Source: a virus (Duplodnaviria; Caudoviricetes). From it: a stretch of DNA of 24,033 bases. A model generated the notes under the pieces. The model was not told the origin of the DNA, did no database searches, and saw nothing but the letters and a program-made list of their open reading frames with translations. The stretch spans positions 1-24,033 of the IMG/VR virus record IMGVR_UViG_3300025513_000061, one strand, 5' to 3'. Within the stretch, counting starts at the first letter, position 1, and each line of letters opens with the position of its first letter. Shown here one piece after another: positions 8,601 through 18,906 of the stretch. The translations under genes and the position numbers were made by a program.

Positions 8601-11600
8601 AAATCACCGTACGAGTTGTTACCGTTGGTTCCACGAATGCGTCCACCTTCTGTAGATAAATATCCAATGTGTGCGTAATATGAGAATACTGAAACAAGCT
8701 CTGCTCGTCCGTTATTAGCCACCCATGCACCAATACCATCACTGATCACCTGTGTAAAGTCGTTGGATACAATACTATCATTACCGCCGTTGTGCAATGC
8801 GCCGTCAATTTTTTGACCAATGGCTGCGTTACCAAAAGTAGTTAATCCTTGCACGTACGGGCTTCTAGTAATAATCCATGTGCGGAAGTCATCTGGGCCC
8901 CAACCTGGGTCTAAACTAGCATATGCACCTGCAGAAACTCTACTTGTGCCATACACGTTAGGAGGTAGTAGATCGCCATTGAGGTCTGACATGGTTTGAT
9001 CGCGTAATCCTGTACCATCACGTAGGTAGTACATATCTTCTTCAACGCTGCCCAGTACTGCATTAGCATAGTAACGAGCTACATATCGTGATTTGTAATT
9101 TGAAGTGTATTTTAAATCCCACTTTAATGCATCAATATAAGTGCCAACGTCTCGTTCAAACAATGTTTGATTGTAGACTAATTCTACACTCATTGAGCCA
9201 GTGTTAGTAGTCAATGATACTGCGGCTCCGTTTCTTGTTGTAGCTACCGTAAATGCTGTTGCACTAACAATACTTCGAACATAGTACCTTGCATCTGCTA
9301 TTAAATCTCCAAATGCTGTTCCGGTAAATTTAATTTCAACACCTCGTCGTAACCAGCTAGTATCACTAATGGTAATAACATTAGTAGTGTCAGTGGTTGC
9401 AGTTGCAGTATCAATGAATGTGTTTGCAATGTACGCACTTACTTCAGCTGTAATAAAGTTTCTGTTTCTCTCTAACTGTAGTATTGCATAATCTCTATTG
9501 CGTAAATTTGTTGAACAAACATCACCTTCGTTTGTTGCGCCGTATAAACTATTTACGATTGATGCCATTAGCACATTGATTCTTGCAATTGCAGTAGCAT
9601 CTGCTCCAACATTGGCAATTGCCTGTGTTCTAACATATTCCACTGCTGCCATTGTTACAGCTTTTTGTCCTAATGTATATACATCGCTAGCGTTAAGTCT
9701 CAAATATGAGTGTCCAGCTTTCAATGATTGATAATTGCTGTTAAACATAAAATCAAATCCAACAGCTTTTAATATTGTACCTATATCTCTTGAACATTTT
9801 GTTTCGTCATATACTAAACTTGGATAAGTTGCATTAATATATGCAATTGTATTTGAACGAATAGTTGTTGCTGCTGAATTTAATGTCGAGTATGCGGAAA
9901 TCAATGCTGTTGTAGAATTAACTCCGTCTGCAGGCGTTGGATCTACTAATGTTACTGTTGTTCCTACAGCTCCAGGACCAGTTTCGATAATACTTATAAT
10001 GTCATCAACATTGTTTCCAATAAGAGTTGATGCTCCTGCACTTCCGGCAGTATCAGTGTAACGTACCACCAGAGTTTGTAAAGGAGTAAATGTTGCTGAT
10101 GTTGCAACTTGTTGCATTCTTGTTTTTAAAAATTCAATAGTTCCAATTGTAGCAGCTTTGATTGACGCCGGAAGTTGTGCGGCAGCTATAGTGCTGTCTG
10201 CATTATCACCATCCCAATATGCTAGTCCTGCTACAATACTTTGTGCATTTCCATCATATGTTAAATCGTAAACAACTGCGTCAATAATGTATCCTGCATC
10301 TCTACGTGTCTTTGTTCTAGAAAAATGCGTATCACCTTTAATTGTAGTTAACTCTACGGTTTGACTAATTGTAACTTCGTATGTTCCTGCACCTCCCGTT
10401 GTACCTGATAGTTGTTGAGCAATAGCAGTACCAACAACTACACGTTCGCCGCGAATTATAGTATCAACAGTCACTGTTCCTGTTTCTAATGCAGACACTG
10501 TTAAAGTTGTTCCGCTAATAGATCCTGTTAATTCTAATTGACTGTAAGTTGTGTTGATGTAAGAGACAATTTCTTCTTGTAAGAATTTTTTGTTTTCTTT
10601 AATTAATTTTTTAGCATTGCCGTAGCCTGCTAGATAAGAAACATTGTATCCTACAGGATCTGTAAGATTTGAAGTATGCATTGTTCCTAAGCGATAATCG
10701 GCTTGAGATTTCATAACTTCAACTAGGTCAGCAACTACTACTGATTCGTCTGTGTCAGCAAATGGCCACACTTGACTTTGAGTTTCTATGTTTCCAGAAG
10801 TTGGTGTAACTGACGTGCCTGCTACAATATCTCCAATAAAACTCTCAATATGAGTAAACGTATCTATAGTATAATAGCTATCTGAAATATCAACAAGACT
10901 GCCTGCTGGGCCAGTATTAGTAGAACGCAATTCATCACCAATAATACAAGTATAAGCCGGCACAATAATTGGCAATGTCTCGCGATATCGTCCAGTGGAC
11001 ACCTTAATTAATGTATTTGGTATATATCTTGTTGGTATAGTAGGTAGCGGGCCAACTTGTGTTGGATTAGCTAGCGCATTAGTAACTATTGCTACTAAAT
11101 TAGTAATGTCTGTCAGTGCTCCTGTTTCAGCAGTATATTCTAAATCAATATATTGTTCTGCAATTGCTACAGAATCGTCTACTATGTCTTGATAAATGGT
11201 TGCCGGCACTTGGTTGGTTATCACTGCTTCAACAACTGCAAGCATGTAGTTGTATGCGGCAATGCCTTGTTCTCTTTCTGAAGACAATGTTGCATAAGGA
11301 GCATCTTCTGCTTCAGTTGAAAATGGTCCTTCGCTTAAAATGCCTAGTAACGACTGTGCTGCTGCACGAATTTTTAAGTTTCCACCGTGGCCTATATCCC
11401 ACTGTAGTCTATCAACTACAAATCCAACGTCACGTTCGCATTTATACTCGTCATAGTCAAACACAAGATTAATAGTTAAACCCGAACCGTTAACAAGACT
11501 GGTTATAGCACTACCGCCGTCTGTAAGCGATAATTGAAATTCTGTAGACGTTAGTCCTGAGGAAATTACATAATAATCAGTTTCTGCTGTTATGCCATTA

Positions 11601-13255
11601 GCAGTGGTTTTAGCTCTCAATTTTCTTTCAGCTATTAATCCGTGTGCTGTAGCAGTAGCTAGGGTATCATTGGTAGTTATATCTGTTACTGTAATATTTG
11701 TGAACGGTGATGTATTATTATCAATCTGATCTCGTATCCAGCTTGACACTTCGCGTTGGATGAATACTCTGTTGAGCTCTAACAAATACTGTGTGTTAGG
11801 GTTGCGAGGACCGTCTTCTACCTGCTCGCAAGCATAACGGATTGTTTTAAACGGCTTGTCTAGAGTTTTACCGTGCATTGGTGATGGCAGGTCTGTACCG
11901 TGCATGGCTACGTAGTATACTTGGTCAGCTGCACCTAAGGTTACCCACTCTGGATCTTCTGTTCCTGCACGTAGTACCTGTCCTTCTAGGCCAACTGGTA
12001 ATCTTGTTGGACCAGCGCCGCCATAATAAACTAAATCACCGCGAGTTGTTAGAATAGAAGTTTCTGTACCAATGCTTAGTAGGTTCCAATAGGTTCCAGT
12101 GATGTCTTGATCCGGACGACTGTTGTCTGCGCCGCCGCCTTCTGGTCCAACTGTACTACCGTCATCGCCCTCTGAACGGTGTCCTAATACGCAAATATAA
12201 GCGTTTGATCCAAATCTAACAGCATCACCTAATTTGTATTGGACATCATCAGTCCAAGTATTTTGCCAAGAAATACCTGAGTTTAGTTTTTCCCAATATG
12301 TTAGATTAGGAGGTTCTTGATTTAAACTGTCTGCTGTGGCTAGATATGTGTAACCTCGTAGTCTTACTAGATTGCCCACGCGATAATTTGCTACACTACT
12401 CCAGTCAGCACTAAAAGAAATACCTTGTTGGAATAAATCCCAATTAACAGTGCTGGTACTAGGAACTTCTCCAATATGATTTGTTTTTGCAACATATTGA
12501 TTGCCGCCGTATCGTACAACATCGCCTCGTTGGTATGTTGTAGCGATCTCCCAGGTATTTTCAAATTCAATACCTTCGACGAATTGACTCCAATAAGATG
12601 CAGCATCTGTAGTAAAACTTGCTGTAGAAGTATGTTGTAAAGTACAAATCCATAGACCTGCTCCTTGCTTGACGATGTCGTTTACTTTGTAAACAACAGT
12701 ACTTCCGCTCCATGCTCCTTGATATTCTAAGCCAGCATTGAAGCTGTCCCATTTAGATTCGTCTAACGCTAGCCCTTGAGCGATAGTTGCTGCCGAAGTA
12801 TGTGCAGTATTACAAACAAAAGTGCGGCCGCCATACTTGACTAGGTCGTTAACTTTATATTGTGTTGACACTGACCACTCTTCTTTCCAATCAAAACTTT
12901 CAGCAAACACATCCCAATTATCAATGTTGGCTTCTAACCCCAATTGGGTAGTGGCGGCGGAGGTATGTGAGTCATTACAGGTATAAACAGTTCCGCCGTA
13001 TTTTACAATGTCACCATCTTTGTAAAAAGTATCAGTAGTCCAATCGCCTTTCCACTCTTGGCCGTCAGACATCAATTCCCATTTAGTTGGAGAATAATCT
13101 AAATCTGTGTAGAAATCAGCAGATGCAGCGTGTCCTACTTTACAGATATAAGTCTTACCGCCATTTCTTATTACATCATCGACGTAATAAGTTGTAGATG
13201 TAGTCCACGTATCTTTCCATACAAATCTAATTCTACCTAATTTAAATTCTGCCAT
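5687..13255 (-). CDS. Giant virion structural / tail fibre-spike protein (2522 aa)
   Basis: GGAG SD. N-terminal tandem W-x(4)-Y-x-x-x-D-x-V-x-Y-G-G-x-x-Y-x-C repeats (CBM5/12-like). YYVAMHGTD...KPFKTIRYA and GRYRETLPIIVP...GDELRST (pectin-lyase-like beta-helix entry). Multiple S-x-D-(G)-G-x-T-W Asp-box repeats (about 6840-7630). C-terminal GHDFLDIGTG...GGRVFFTSTDQDGNFRVG domain. Confidence 0.8.
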   Translation of the reverse strand: MAEFKLGRIRFVWKDTWTTSTTYYVDDVIRNGGKTYICKVGHAASADFYTDLDYSPTKWELMSDGQEWKGDWTTDTFYKDGDIVKYGGTVYTCNDSHTSAATTQLGLEANIDNWDVFAESFDWKEEWSVSTQYKVNDLVKYGGRTFVCNTAHTSAATIAQGLALDESKWDSFNAGLEYQGAWSGSTVVYKVNDIVKQGAGLWICTLQHTSTASFTTDAASYWSQFVEGIEFENTWEIATTYQRGDVVRYGGNQYVAKTNHIGEVPSTSTVNWDLFQQGISFSADWSSVANYRVGNLVRLRGYTYLATADSLNQEPPNLTYWEKLNSGISWQNTWTDDVQYKLGDAVRFGSNAYICVLGHRSEGDDGSTVGPEGGGADNSRPDQDITGTYWNLLSIGTETSILTTRGDLVYYGGAGPTRLPVGLEGQVLRAGTEDPEWVTLGAADQVYYVAMHGTDLPSPMHGKTLDKPFKTIRYACEQVEDGPRNPNTQYLLELNRVFIQREVSSWIRDQIDNNTSPFTNITVTDITTNDTLATATAHGLIAERKLRAKTTANGITAETDYYVISSGLTSTEFQLSLTDGGSAITSLVNGSGLTINLVFDYDEYKCERDVGFVVDRLQWDIGHGGNLKIRAAAQSLLGILSEGPFSTEAEDAPYATLSSEREQGIAAYNYMLAVVEAVITNQVPATIYQDIVDDSVAIAEQYIDLEYTAETGALTDITNLVAIVTNALANPTQVGPLPTIPTRYIPNTLIKVSTGRYRETLPIIVPAYTCIIGDELRSTNTGPAGSLVDISDSYYTIDTFTHIESFIGDIVAGTSVTPTSGNIETQSQVWPFADTDESVVVADLVEVMKSQADYRLGTMHTSNLTDPVGYNVSYLAGYGNAKKLIKENKKFLQEEIVSYINTTYSQLELTGSISGTTLTVSALETGTVTVDTIIRGERVVVGTAIAQQLSGTTGGAGTYEVTISQTVELTTIKGDTHFSRTKTRRDAGYIIDAVVYDLTYDGNAQSIVAGLAYWDGDNADSTIAAAQLPASIKAATIGTIEFLKTRMQQVATSATFTPLQTLVVRYTDTAGSAGASTLIGNNVDDIISIIETGPGAVGTTVTLVDPTPADGVNSTTALISAYSTLNSAATTIRSNTIAYINATYPSLVYDETKCSRDIGTILKAVGFDFMFNSNYQSLKAGHSYLRLNASDVYTLGQKAVTMAAVEYVRTQAIANVGADATAIARINVLMASIVNSLYGATNEGDVCSTNLRNRDYAILQLERNRNFITAEVSAYIANTFIDTATATTDTTNVITISDTSWLRRGVEIKFTGTAFGDLIADARYYVRSIVSATAFTVATTRNGAAVSLTTNTGSMSVELVYNQTLFERDVGTYIDALKWDLKYTSNYKSRYVARYYANAVLGSVEEDMYYLRDGTGLRDQTMSDLNGDLLPPNVYGTSRVSAGAYASLDPGWGPDDFRTWIITRSPYVQGLTTFGNAAIGQKIDGALHNGGNDSIVSNDFTQVISDGIGAWVANNGRAELVSVFSYYAHIGYLSTEGGRIRGTNGNNSYGDFGSVAEGFDDTETPNTGVIDNKFQFIATIGNVTTTGQEFIGLEFDNAGINYTDAEFLLTGGGLEAEAEADEFRDDAVYQVRLLQNAEDGIDGEFGGQGYVTNANTAQGGGATSITLAATDGETSTAYIGMKVVIAGGTGVGQFAIIDTYNSGTKIAGVVKESTGAAGWDHFVAGTTIASPDASSTYTVEPRVTLTAPAYASAAGTSLATAVQTLEYASAVQTYLAVSSTGGTGNGATFNVIKKGTNYIVTVAVGGTEYTRLDVLTIVGTNLDGATTANDITLTVTSINSVTGAVTAFDQLGVAQGGNFVALVSGSTTAYTSIGGAWTSRTLSASRDWISTASGQDLTAIEAGSLVAGTAYKITSLSDTLFNAVGAENNFVGVTFIATGPTSGTGTAVAVNSVTVAVATGSNTTTRSVDGGVTWTAGGNLPASTTWQDIEYGQGVWIAIATGATTTAYSTDSGVTWTAGGALPASTTWTSIAYGAGKFVAVASGGVQAASSTDSGVTWVTRTLPSSTAWSSVAFGNNRFVAVSSTSGTAAAYSLDGATWTASTITSSAYSSIAYGQGMFLAVGATTTASSSPDGVVWTSRTISSADATYAAFGNPNSTGKFITASTTATTSNAITLGATARIRASVANGKIFSVRILEPGSSYASAPTLTFVDPNNVFSAPLTVRIGDGVLANPSFINRGSQYETASAEILRGNGYADIFQTGSFVAVRRLESRPVPGANVVFGNLPDTTFKLVNVITFRGELDGSYTGFLQISPQISISDSPEHLDTASLRLRYSQVRLTGHDFLDIGTGSFSETNYPGSPTQDPLPANETVDNNGGRVFFTSTDQDGNFRVGDLFAIEQSTGIATLNADAFNISGLQELNLGNVTLGGGSATVTEFSTDPFFTADSDNIVPTQRAIKAFIASQIGGGGASLNVNSVTAGSIFISSNVITTVTGIPIKMDANFEFRGGVTGYPLAFNFFLN

Positions 13256-13273
13256 TTTCTACTCCGTATCTTA

Positions 13274-13281
13274 TATTTATG
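13274..13281 (-). promoter_or_regulatory. Putative late promoter (CATAAATA, 7/8 match)
   Basis: Lies in the 44-nt gap between the two giant genes, upstream of the GGAG SD. Confidence 0.5.
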
Positions 13282-13299
13282 TTACTGTTATTCATATAC

Positions 13300-16200
13300 T
13301 TAAAATGATTTATAAAACATAGTTTGTGCTAGCATTGATCCACTAACTCCTGCTTGTGGACCAATAAAGTCGGCCCTAACAGAAACAATATTTTTTGAAC
13401 CAGCAACGTTACCCATTTTATCCGGACCTACAAGTATTGTACCTGCAATAAAACTACCTACTGCAATTTCAGATCCGCCTACACTTAACCTTCCTGCTAA
13501 GTAAGCTCGGATTGCTCGCTGTGTTGGGACTACATTATTTGAATCTTCTGTAAATAATGGGTCTGTTGAAAATTCTCTAATAACAGCGCCAGTGCCGCCT
13601 ACTCTAATACCGCCTAATCGTAATTCTGTTAATCCACTAAAGTCAAAAAAGTCTGCTGAAATTGTAACAGTACCGGTGGCTTGTTCAACTGCAAATAGTT
13701 CTCCAGTTCTAAAGTTACCATTTTGATCAGTGGTTGTGTAAAACACTCGACCGCCGTTAAGTTCAACAATTTCATCTTCTGGTGAAGGTGTATAAAATCC
13801 TGAATATAAATTAGGATAATTAGTTTCTTCAAAGTTTCCGGTGCCTATATCTAAGAAATCGTGCCCCGTAATACGGTTCTGACTATATCGAGTTCTAATA
13901 GATATAGGAGTTAAATGTTGAAGATTGTCTCTATTTTTAATTTCTGGACTTATTCTAACTAATGCTGCTAGACCTCTATCAGTTTGTCCAATAGGAGTAA
14001 CTGTTACTAGCGTATAAATATCCTCAAGTCCTTGGATTAGTAACTGGGCTCCTGGACCTGGGTACGATTCTAAATCATTAATTACTATGAATTTTCCTGA
14101 TGGAGTTACATCTGCATATCCGTCACCTGTTATAGTAATTCTTGTTGAATTGGTTCGGTACCCTAGGCCACGATCAATCCATGTCGGATTAGTCAGAACA
14201 CCGTCACCGGTTCGGCATTCGATGGCAGCTGCTGAAGTAGAGTTAGGATCAACCAGTGTTAATGTAGGGCCGCTGATGTATCCAGACCCTGTGTCCCATA
14301 ATCTAATAGCTGAAATTTTTCCAGCAACAATAATAGCTCTACCTAATGCTCTTGCTCCTGTTTGTATTTTGTTAAACTTATCAGAGCCTGCCGGTATTGC
14401 AATCCACATTGGAGTCTTTTTACCAGTTGTAGAATCGCGTGAATCGATATAAGGATTTCCAAATGCAACTGAATTCCAAATTTCCTCGGTTGCTAATTCT
14501 CTATTAGTCCAATTTACTCCATCAATTGATGTAACAACATATGTTGTTGGCCCTGTAGTTTCGTCAGCTCCTATATCTCTAGAACCAGTATCGCCTATAG
14601 CAACAAATAACCCTTGTGCATATCTAATTTTTTTCCAATTATGGCTAGTTGATCCGTCTTGTGTAGGCATAGTTGCAGGAAACCATTCTGTACCGTCAAA
14701 ACTATAACCAACATCTCCAGTATTTGATATAGCGACAAATCTATTGTTACCATAAGCAATACTCTGCCACGAACGGTTTGATGAATCATCAATGACGTCC
14801 ATAACTCTTCCTGTCCAGTCAATTGTGTTTGATGTACTGTTATATATTCCGGTTACTACAAAGTTTCCGCTGTTAGATACTGCTACAAACGTTCTTCTAC
14901 CATAGGCAATATCTACCCATTCGCTGAATGTTGAGTCTCCAACATCCGGCAATGTCGTTGTAGTCCATGTTGTTCCGTCTATACTTATCGCAGCGCCGTC
15001 TAGGTTGCCTGCAACTGCTACAAAAATTCCGCCACCATAGACTACACTGTTCCACTGTCTTGAAGCAGGCATAGTTCTAGCAGTCCAGGTAATACCATCT
15101 AACGAACTTGCTGCGGCATTACTACCTGTGCGGATAGCAACAAATCTATTGTTTCCCGATGCTAGGCATTTCCAGTCGCCTGCGCTCGGCATGTTAATCT
15201 GTGTCCATTCTGTTCCGTTTGGACTATACACTGCTGCAGATCCTCCAGACGATACTACAACAAATCTCCCGCTCGACGCTTGATTATCTTCACCTGTTCC
15301 GTATGTCTTTTGTTCGGCAACTACTACTGAGTTTGTACTGTCGTTACTCACTTCGGTAATTTTTATTATCAAATCGTTGAGTGGAGTTATACCTCCCAAA
15401 TCTTCCCCTAAAATTGTTAATTCTTGCCCGAAAGCATAGCCGGCGCCGCCGTCAACTACTGTAATTGTATAGTTTCTACCTATTTTTTCAACGTTAACAA
15501 GGGCATTTGTTGGAAGTAACCCGTCATCTTCAATAACTGTCCCAGTTCCGGGGCCTGCGATAACATTTGTGTATGTTTCAGTTGTTTCACCGTAAGTAAT
15601 TTCACTCCATGTGGTATTTGTAGGAACCGTTATTTCTAATACTTCGTATTCGGGTTCTGAAAATATAACTCGAGGTTCGATTCTATAGGTAGTTCCTGTT
15701 GTTAACGATGTTGCTATTGCTTTTCCGGGCAATACATGATCCCAGCCAGGTGCATCGGTTGAATCTTTTGCTACTTGTGCAATTTTTGTAATAGCATTGT
15801 ATGCTGTAATATACCCATATTGTCCAGTACCGGGGCCGCTGGTCAGAACAATACGCATTCCTAGATAATTTGCTTCGTCATTAGGATCGTTTGATGCTAA
15901 CGTAATATTTGTTAATCCGCCGGTCTGTGCATTATTTTGCACAATAACATATCCTGAGCCTCCGATTGACTGAGCAATAGTATCACTGGTATCAATTAAT
16001 CTTGCTTCAAAGACAGCATCATCTCTAAAATCTTCAAATAACACTGCTGCATCAACGCCTGCTCCTACAAATGTTGCAGTTGCGGCAGTATAATCAGTTC
16101 CTGCATTGGTCCATTCTAAAATCTGAATTTCGTCTACAAAGTCTCCGGCAAATGCCGCAGCAACAATTGCCTGTTGAGCTCGTGTATAAACTACTGCTGA

Positions 16201-18906
16201 TTGTGGAACTTCTGTAGCATCGATTCCGTCGGCAATTGCACCAAACTTGCCATAACTATTATTACCGTTAGTTGCACGGATAATGCCGCCTCCTTGTGTT
16301 AAATATCCAATTTGAGCGTAGTATGAGAACACAGAAACTAGTTCTGCACGGCCATTGTTGGTTACCCAAGCACCGATACCGTCACTAATGACCTGTGTAA
16401 AGTCATTAGATACTATAGATCTGTTGCCGCCGTTATGTAATGCACCATCAATCTTTTGCCCAATTGCTCCTGTACCAAATGTAGTCACCCCTTGAATGTA
16501 AGGTGATCTAGTCATAATCCAAGTTCGATTGTCATTGGGTCCCCATCCTGGATCCAAGCTAACAAATGCTCCGCCTGTTGGAATCTGGTAGGCAACTCCT
16601 TCAACTGATGCACCAACTGTTCCTTGTAATCCTGTTAGCGTACAGTTTCTAACACCGGTTGCATCTCTGCAATAAAACATATCTTCAGATGTTGATCCTA
16701 ACACAGCATTTACATAATATCGTGCTGCTAATACTGATTTGTAGTTTCCTGTATATATAATATCATATTTCCACGCGTCTATATATCTATGGATATCTCG
16801 TTTACATAACTCCGAATCAAAGTTATATGCAGGATAAGTTAACTGCATAAATGCTACTGCTTCGGCGGCTAAAAATGCTTTGTTGGCTTCTAAAATAATA
16901 ACAGAATTTGTGTAGTCGATATTAGTGTTGGCAACATTAGTACCTATTAGTACAGGATTTGCTCCAAGCGAATTAATAAAAAAGTTAATATATACTCTGA
17001 TGTCGATTATTAAATTTTGTATATAAGCGGACACTAATATACCAGTTGATATTGGAACTTGAGTAATAACCTCAGTTAGTAGTTCAAGTTCAAACTCATT
17101 GTATTGCGGTGGATCAAATGATACTTCGGTTATAACTTCTTGAGTAATTACTACTGGGTCTACTAAATTTCCAACCGTTTTATCTGCACTTGTCAGCTGA
17201 CCGTTTAAAATACCTAATATCAATCCGGATAAATGGTTTAATACTACCAGAGTATATGTGCTATCTAATCCTACTGCGGTGAATATCGGTCCAGCCGCAG
17301 TAATTGTAGTAGTTCTCAATTCAGTACCTAGCACTACTGTTTTCTTTGGAATAATAATTGGTAAAATTTCTTCGTAGCGGCCTGCGCCTACATGGATGGT
17401 TGTGGTTCCAGTGTAATTATCATCCATTTGATCACATGCAAATCGCACTGTTCGCCAAGGTTTAAAAGGGCTTGAGCCTCGTTGTGTATCAGCTATATCA
17501 TCAACTCCATCCAACTCAACATACACTACCCGATTAACTTCACCGTAATTTTTATAAATTACAGAATCATCTGAATTAACAGTTACTATTTCGCCTGCTG
17601 GTCCGATATTCACCGCAGTAGGGTTAAATGTGCTGCCGTCTCCTGCTAATTCTCTACTTAAATCGTAAGTAAGTAGATCACCTCGAGTAACTAAGCCTGA
17701 CTCGCCACCTGCTTGCAATACTAAATCCCAATAAAAGAATCCTGATCCGTTATCCCCTGGATAATTTTGATTGCTAGAACTGTGTTCTACGTTACAGACA
17801 TACGTATTACCAAGATAAATTGATAGATCGTTTGGAGAATAGCGCTGCCCAGTTTGCCAAAAGTTTCTCCAATTTTGTCCTGTTGTTAATAATTCCCAGT
17901 TAGTACTATCTAAATAATCTAAACTGCTACCGTCATCAGTAGTGTCCAATAATGCTACATAACTGTTACCACCACGGCGGACAACATCACCAGTCTTATA
18001 CAATTCATCAGCAGACCATTCTCCTCTAAAATTAATTCCTTTAGAAGCAATTTGCCAATCGATTGGATCTACTCGATCTTCTAATTGATATACGCTATCG
18101 CTTGGATTACTAGCATAATTATTTGTTAGACTATAAAATAACCAGCCACCATGACGAACTAGATCGCCTAATTGATAAACAGTTTCGGCATCCCAATTGT
18201 TTGAATATTGAAATCCTGGAAATTCAATTTCCCAATATTCATTTTGATTAAAATTAAGTGTAGAATCGCTACCAGGTGTATGTCCTTGTTTGCAACGGAA
18301 TACAGTTCCTCCAAATGTTACAAGATCATTAACTCGATATCTTGTACCAGTAGCCCATAATCCTCGATATTCAACACCTTCAAAAAATATCTGCCATTTA
18401 TTCTGATCCTGCTCTAGACCGGTTGCGGTGTCAGCTGTAGTATGTCCTTCGATACATCGATAAACGATACCATTGTATCGTATAACATCACCGATACCGT
18501 ATCTAGTGTTCTGTTCCCAATCTTGTTTGAACGATGACCCTGAGCTGTAAATAGTCCAATTATCAATTCCGTCATCAAAAATACTTGTCGATGTATAGCT
18601 GGTTATACATAGATATAAATTGCCGCCATTAATTATAATGTCGCCGGGATTGTATAATGTTGTTTGCTGCCACTGATTTCTAAACTCATACCCGTCAGTC
18701 ATCTTGCGCCATGCTGGAGTAGGATCAGTATCGTCAGAATTAGCTAAAAATGTTTGATCTGCTGCAAATGCCGCTGCGGTATGTTGTCTAAAACACACCC
18801 AACTTGATCCGCCGTAACTAACTACGTCATCTCGATTGTATGACGTGCCATTAACCCACTGGTCTCGCCACGTGTATCTAATTCTACTAATCTTAAATTC
18901 TGCCAT
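13300..18906 (-). CDS. Giant virion structural / tail fibre-spike protein (1868 aa), paralog of 5687..13255
   Basis: Same domain order and shared blocks: MAEFK(I/L)xRIR, SLDPGWGP, IDGALHNGGNxSIVSNDFTQVISDGIGAWVxNNGRAELVSVFSYYA, GHDFLDIGTG, EFSTDP, VPTQRAI. Confidence 0.8.
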   Translation of the reverse strand: MAEFKISRIRYTWRDQWVNGTSYNRDDVVSYGGSSWVCFRQHTAAAFAADQTFLANSDDTDPTPAWRKMTDGYEFRNQWQQTTLYNPGDIIINGGNLYLCITSYTSTSIFDDGIDNWTIYSSGSSFKQDWEQNTRYGIGDVIRYNGIVYRCIEGHTTADTATGLEQDQNKWQIFFEGVEYRGLWATGTRYRVNDLVTFGGTVFRCKQGHTPGSDSTLNFNQNEYWEIEFPGFQYSNNWDAETVYQLGDLVRHGGWLFYSLTNNYASNPSDSVYQLEDRVDPIDWQIASKGINFRGEWSADELYKTGDVVRRGGNSYVALLDTTDDGSSLDYLDSTNWELLTTGQNWRNFWQTGQRYSPNDLSIYLGNTYVCNVEHSSSNQNYPGDNGSGFFYWDLVLQAGGESGLVTRGDLLTYDLSRELAGDGSTFNPTAVNIGPAGEIVTVNSDDSVIYKNYGEVNRVVYVELDGVDDIADTQRGSSPFKPWRTVRFACDQMDDNYTGTTTIHVGAGRYEEILPIIIPKKTVVLGTELRTTTITAAGPIFTAVGLDSTYTLVVLNHLSGLILGILNGQLTSADKTVGNLVDPVVITQEVITEVSFDPPQYNEFELELLTEVITQVPISTGILVSAYIQNLIIDIRVYINFFINSLGANPVLIGTNVANTNIDYTNSVIILEANKAFLAAEAVAFMQLTYPAYNFDSELCKRDIHRYIDAWKYDIIYTGNYKSVLAARYYVNAVLGSTSEDMFYCRDATGVRNCTLTGLQGTVGASVEGVAYQIPTGGAFVSLDPGWGPNDNRTWIMTRSPYIQGVTTFGTGAIGQKIDGALHNGGNRSIVSNDFTQVISDGIGAWVTNNGRAELVSVFSYYAQIGYLTQGGGIIRATNGNNSYGKFGAIADGIDATEVPQSAVVYTRAQQAIVAAAFAGDFVDEIQILEWTNAGTDYTAATATFVGAGVDAAVLFEDFRDDAVFEARLIDTSDTIAQSIGGSGYVIVQNNAQTGGLTNITLASNDPNDEANYLGMRIVLTSGPGTGQYGYITAYNAITKIAQVAKDSTDAPGWDHVLPGKAIATSLTTGTTYRIEPRVIFSEPEYEVLEITVPTNTTWSEITYGETTETYTNVIAGPGTGTVIEDDGLLPTNALVNVEKIGRNYTITVVDGGAGYAFGQELTILGEDLGGITPLNDLIIKITEVSNDSTNSVVVAEQKTYGTGEDNQASSGRFVVVSSGGSAAVYSPNGTEWTQINMPSAGDWKCLASGNNRFVAIRTGSNAAASSLDGITWTARTMPASRQWNSVVYGGGIFVAVAGNLDGAAISIDGTTWTTTTLPDVGDSTFSEWVDIAYGRRTFVAVSNSGNFVVTGIYNSTSNTIDWTGRVMDVIDDSSNRSWQSIAYGNNRFVAISNTGDVGYSFDGTEWFPATMPTQDGSTSHNWKKIRYAQGLFVAIGDTGSRDIGADETTGPTTYVVTSIDGVNWTNRELATEEIWNSVAFGNPYIDSRDSTTGKKTPMWIAIPAGSDKFNKIQTGARALGRAIIVAGKISAIRLWDTGSGYISGPTLTLVDPNSTSAAAIECRTGDGVLTNPTWIDRGLGYRTNSTRITITGDGYADVTPSGKFIVINDLESYPGPGAQLLIQGLEDIYTLVTVTPIGQTDRGLAALVRISPEIKNRDNLQHLTPISIRTRYSQNRITGHDFLDIGTGNFEETNYPNLYSGFYTPSPEDEIVELNGGRVFYTTTDQNGNFRTGELFAVEQATGTVTISADFFDFSGLTELRLGGIRVGGTGAVIREFSTDPLFTEDSNNVVPTQRAIRAYLAGRLSVGGSEIAVGSFIAGTILVGPDKMGNVAGSKNIVSVRADFIGPQAGVSGSMLAQTMFYKSF

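Noticed and set aside
14013-14020. Perfect TATAAATA on the plus strand
   Set aside because: It is inside and antisense to the 1868-aa gene, with no credible downstream gene, so it is likely chance.
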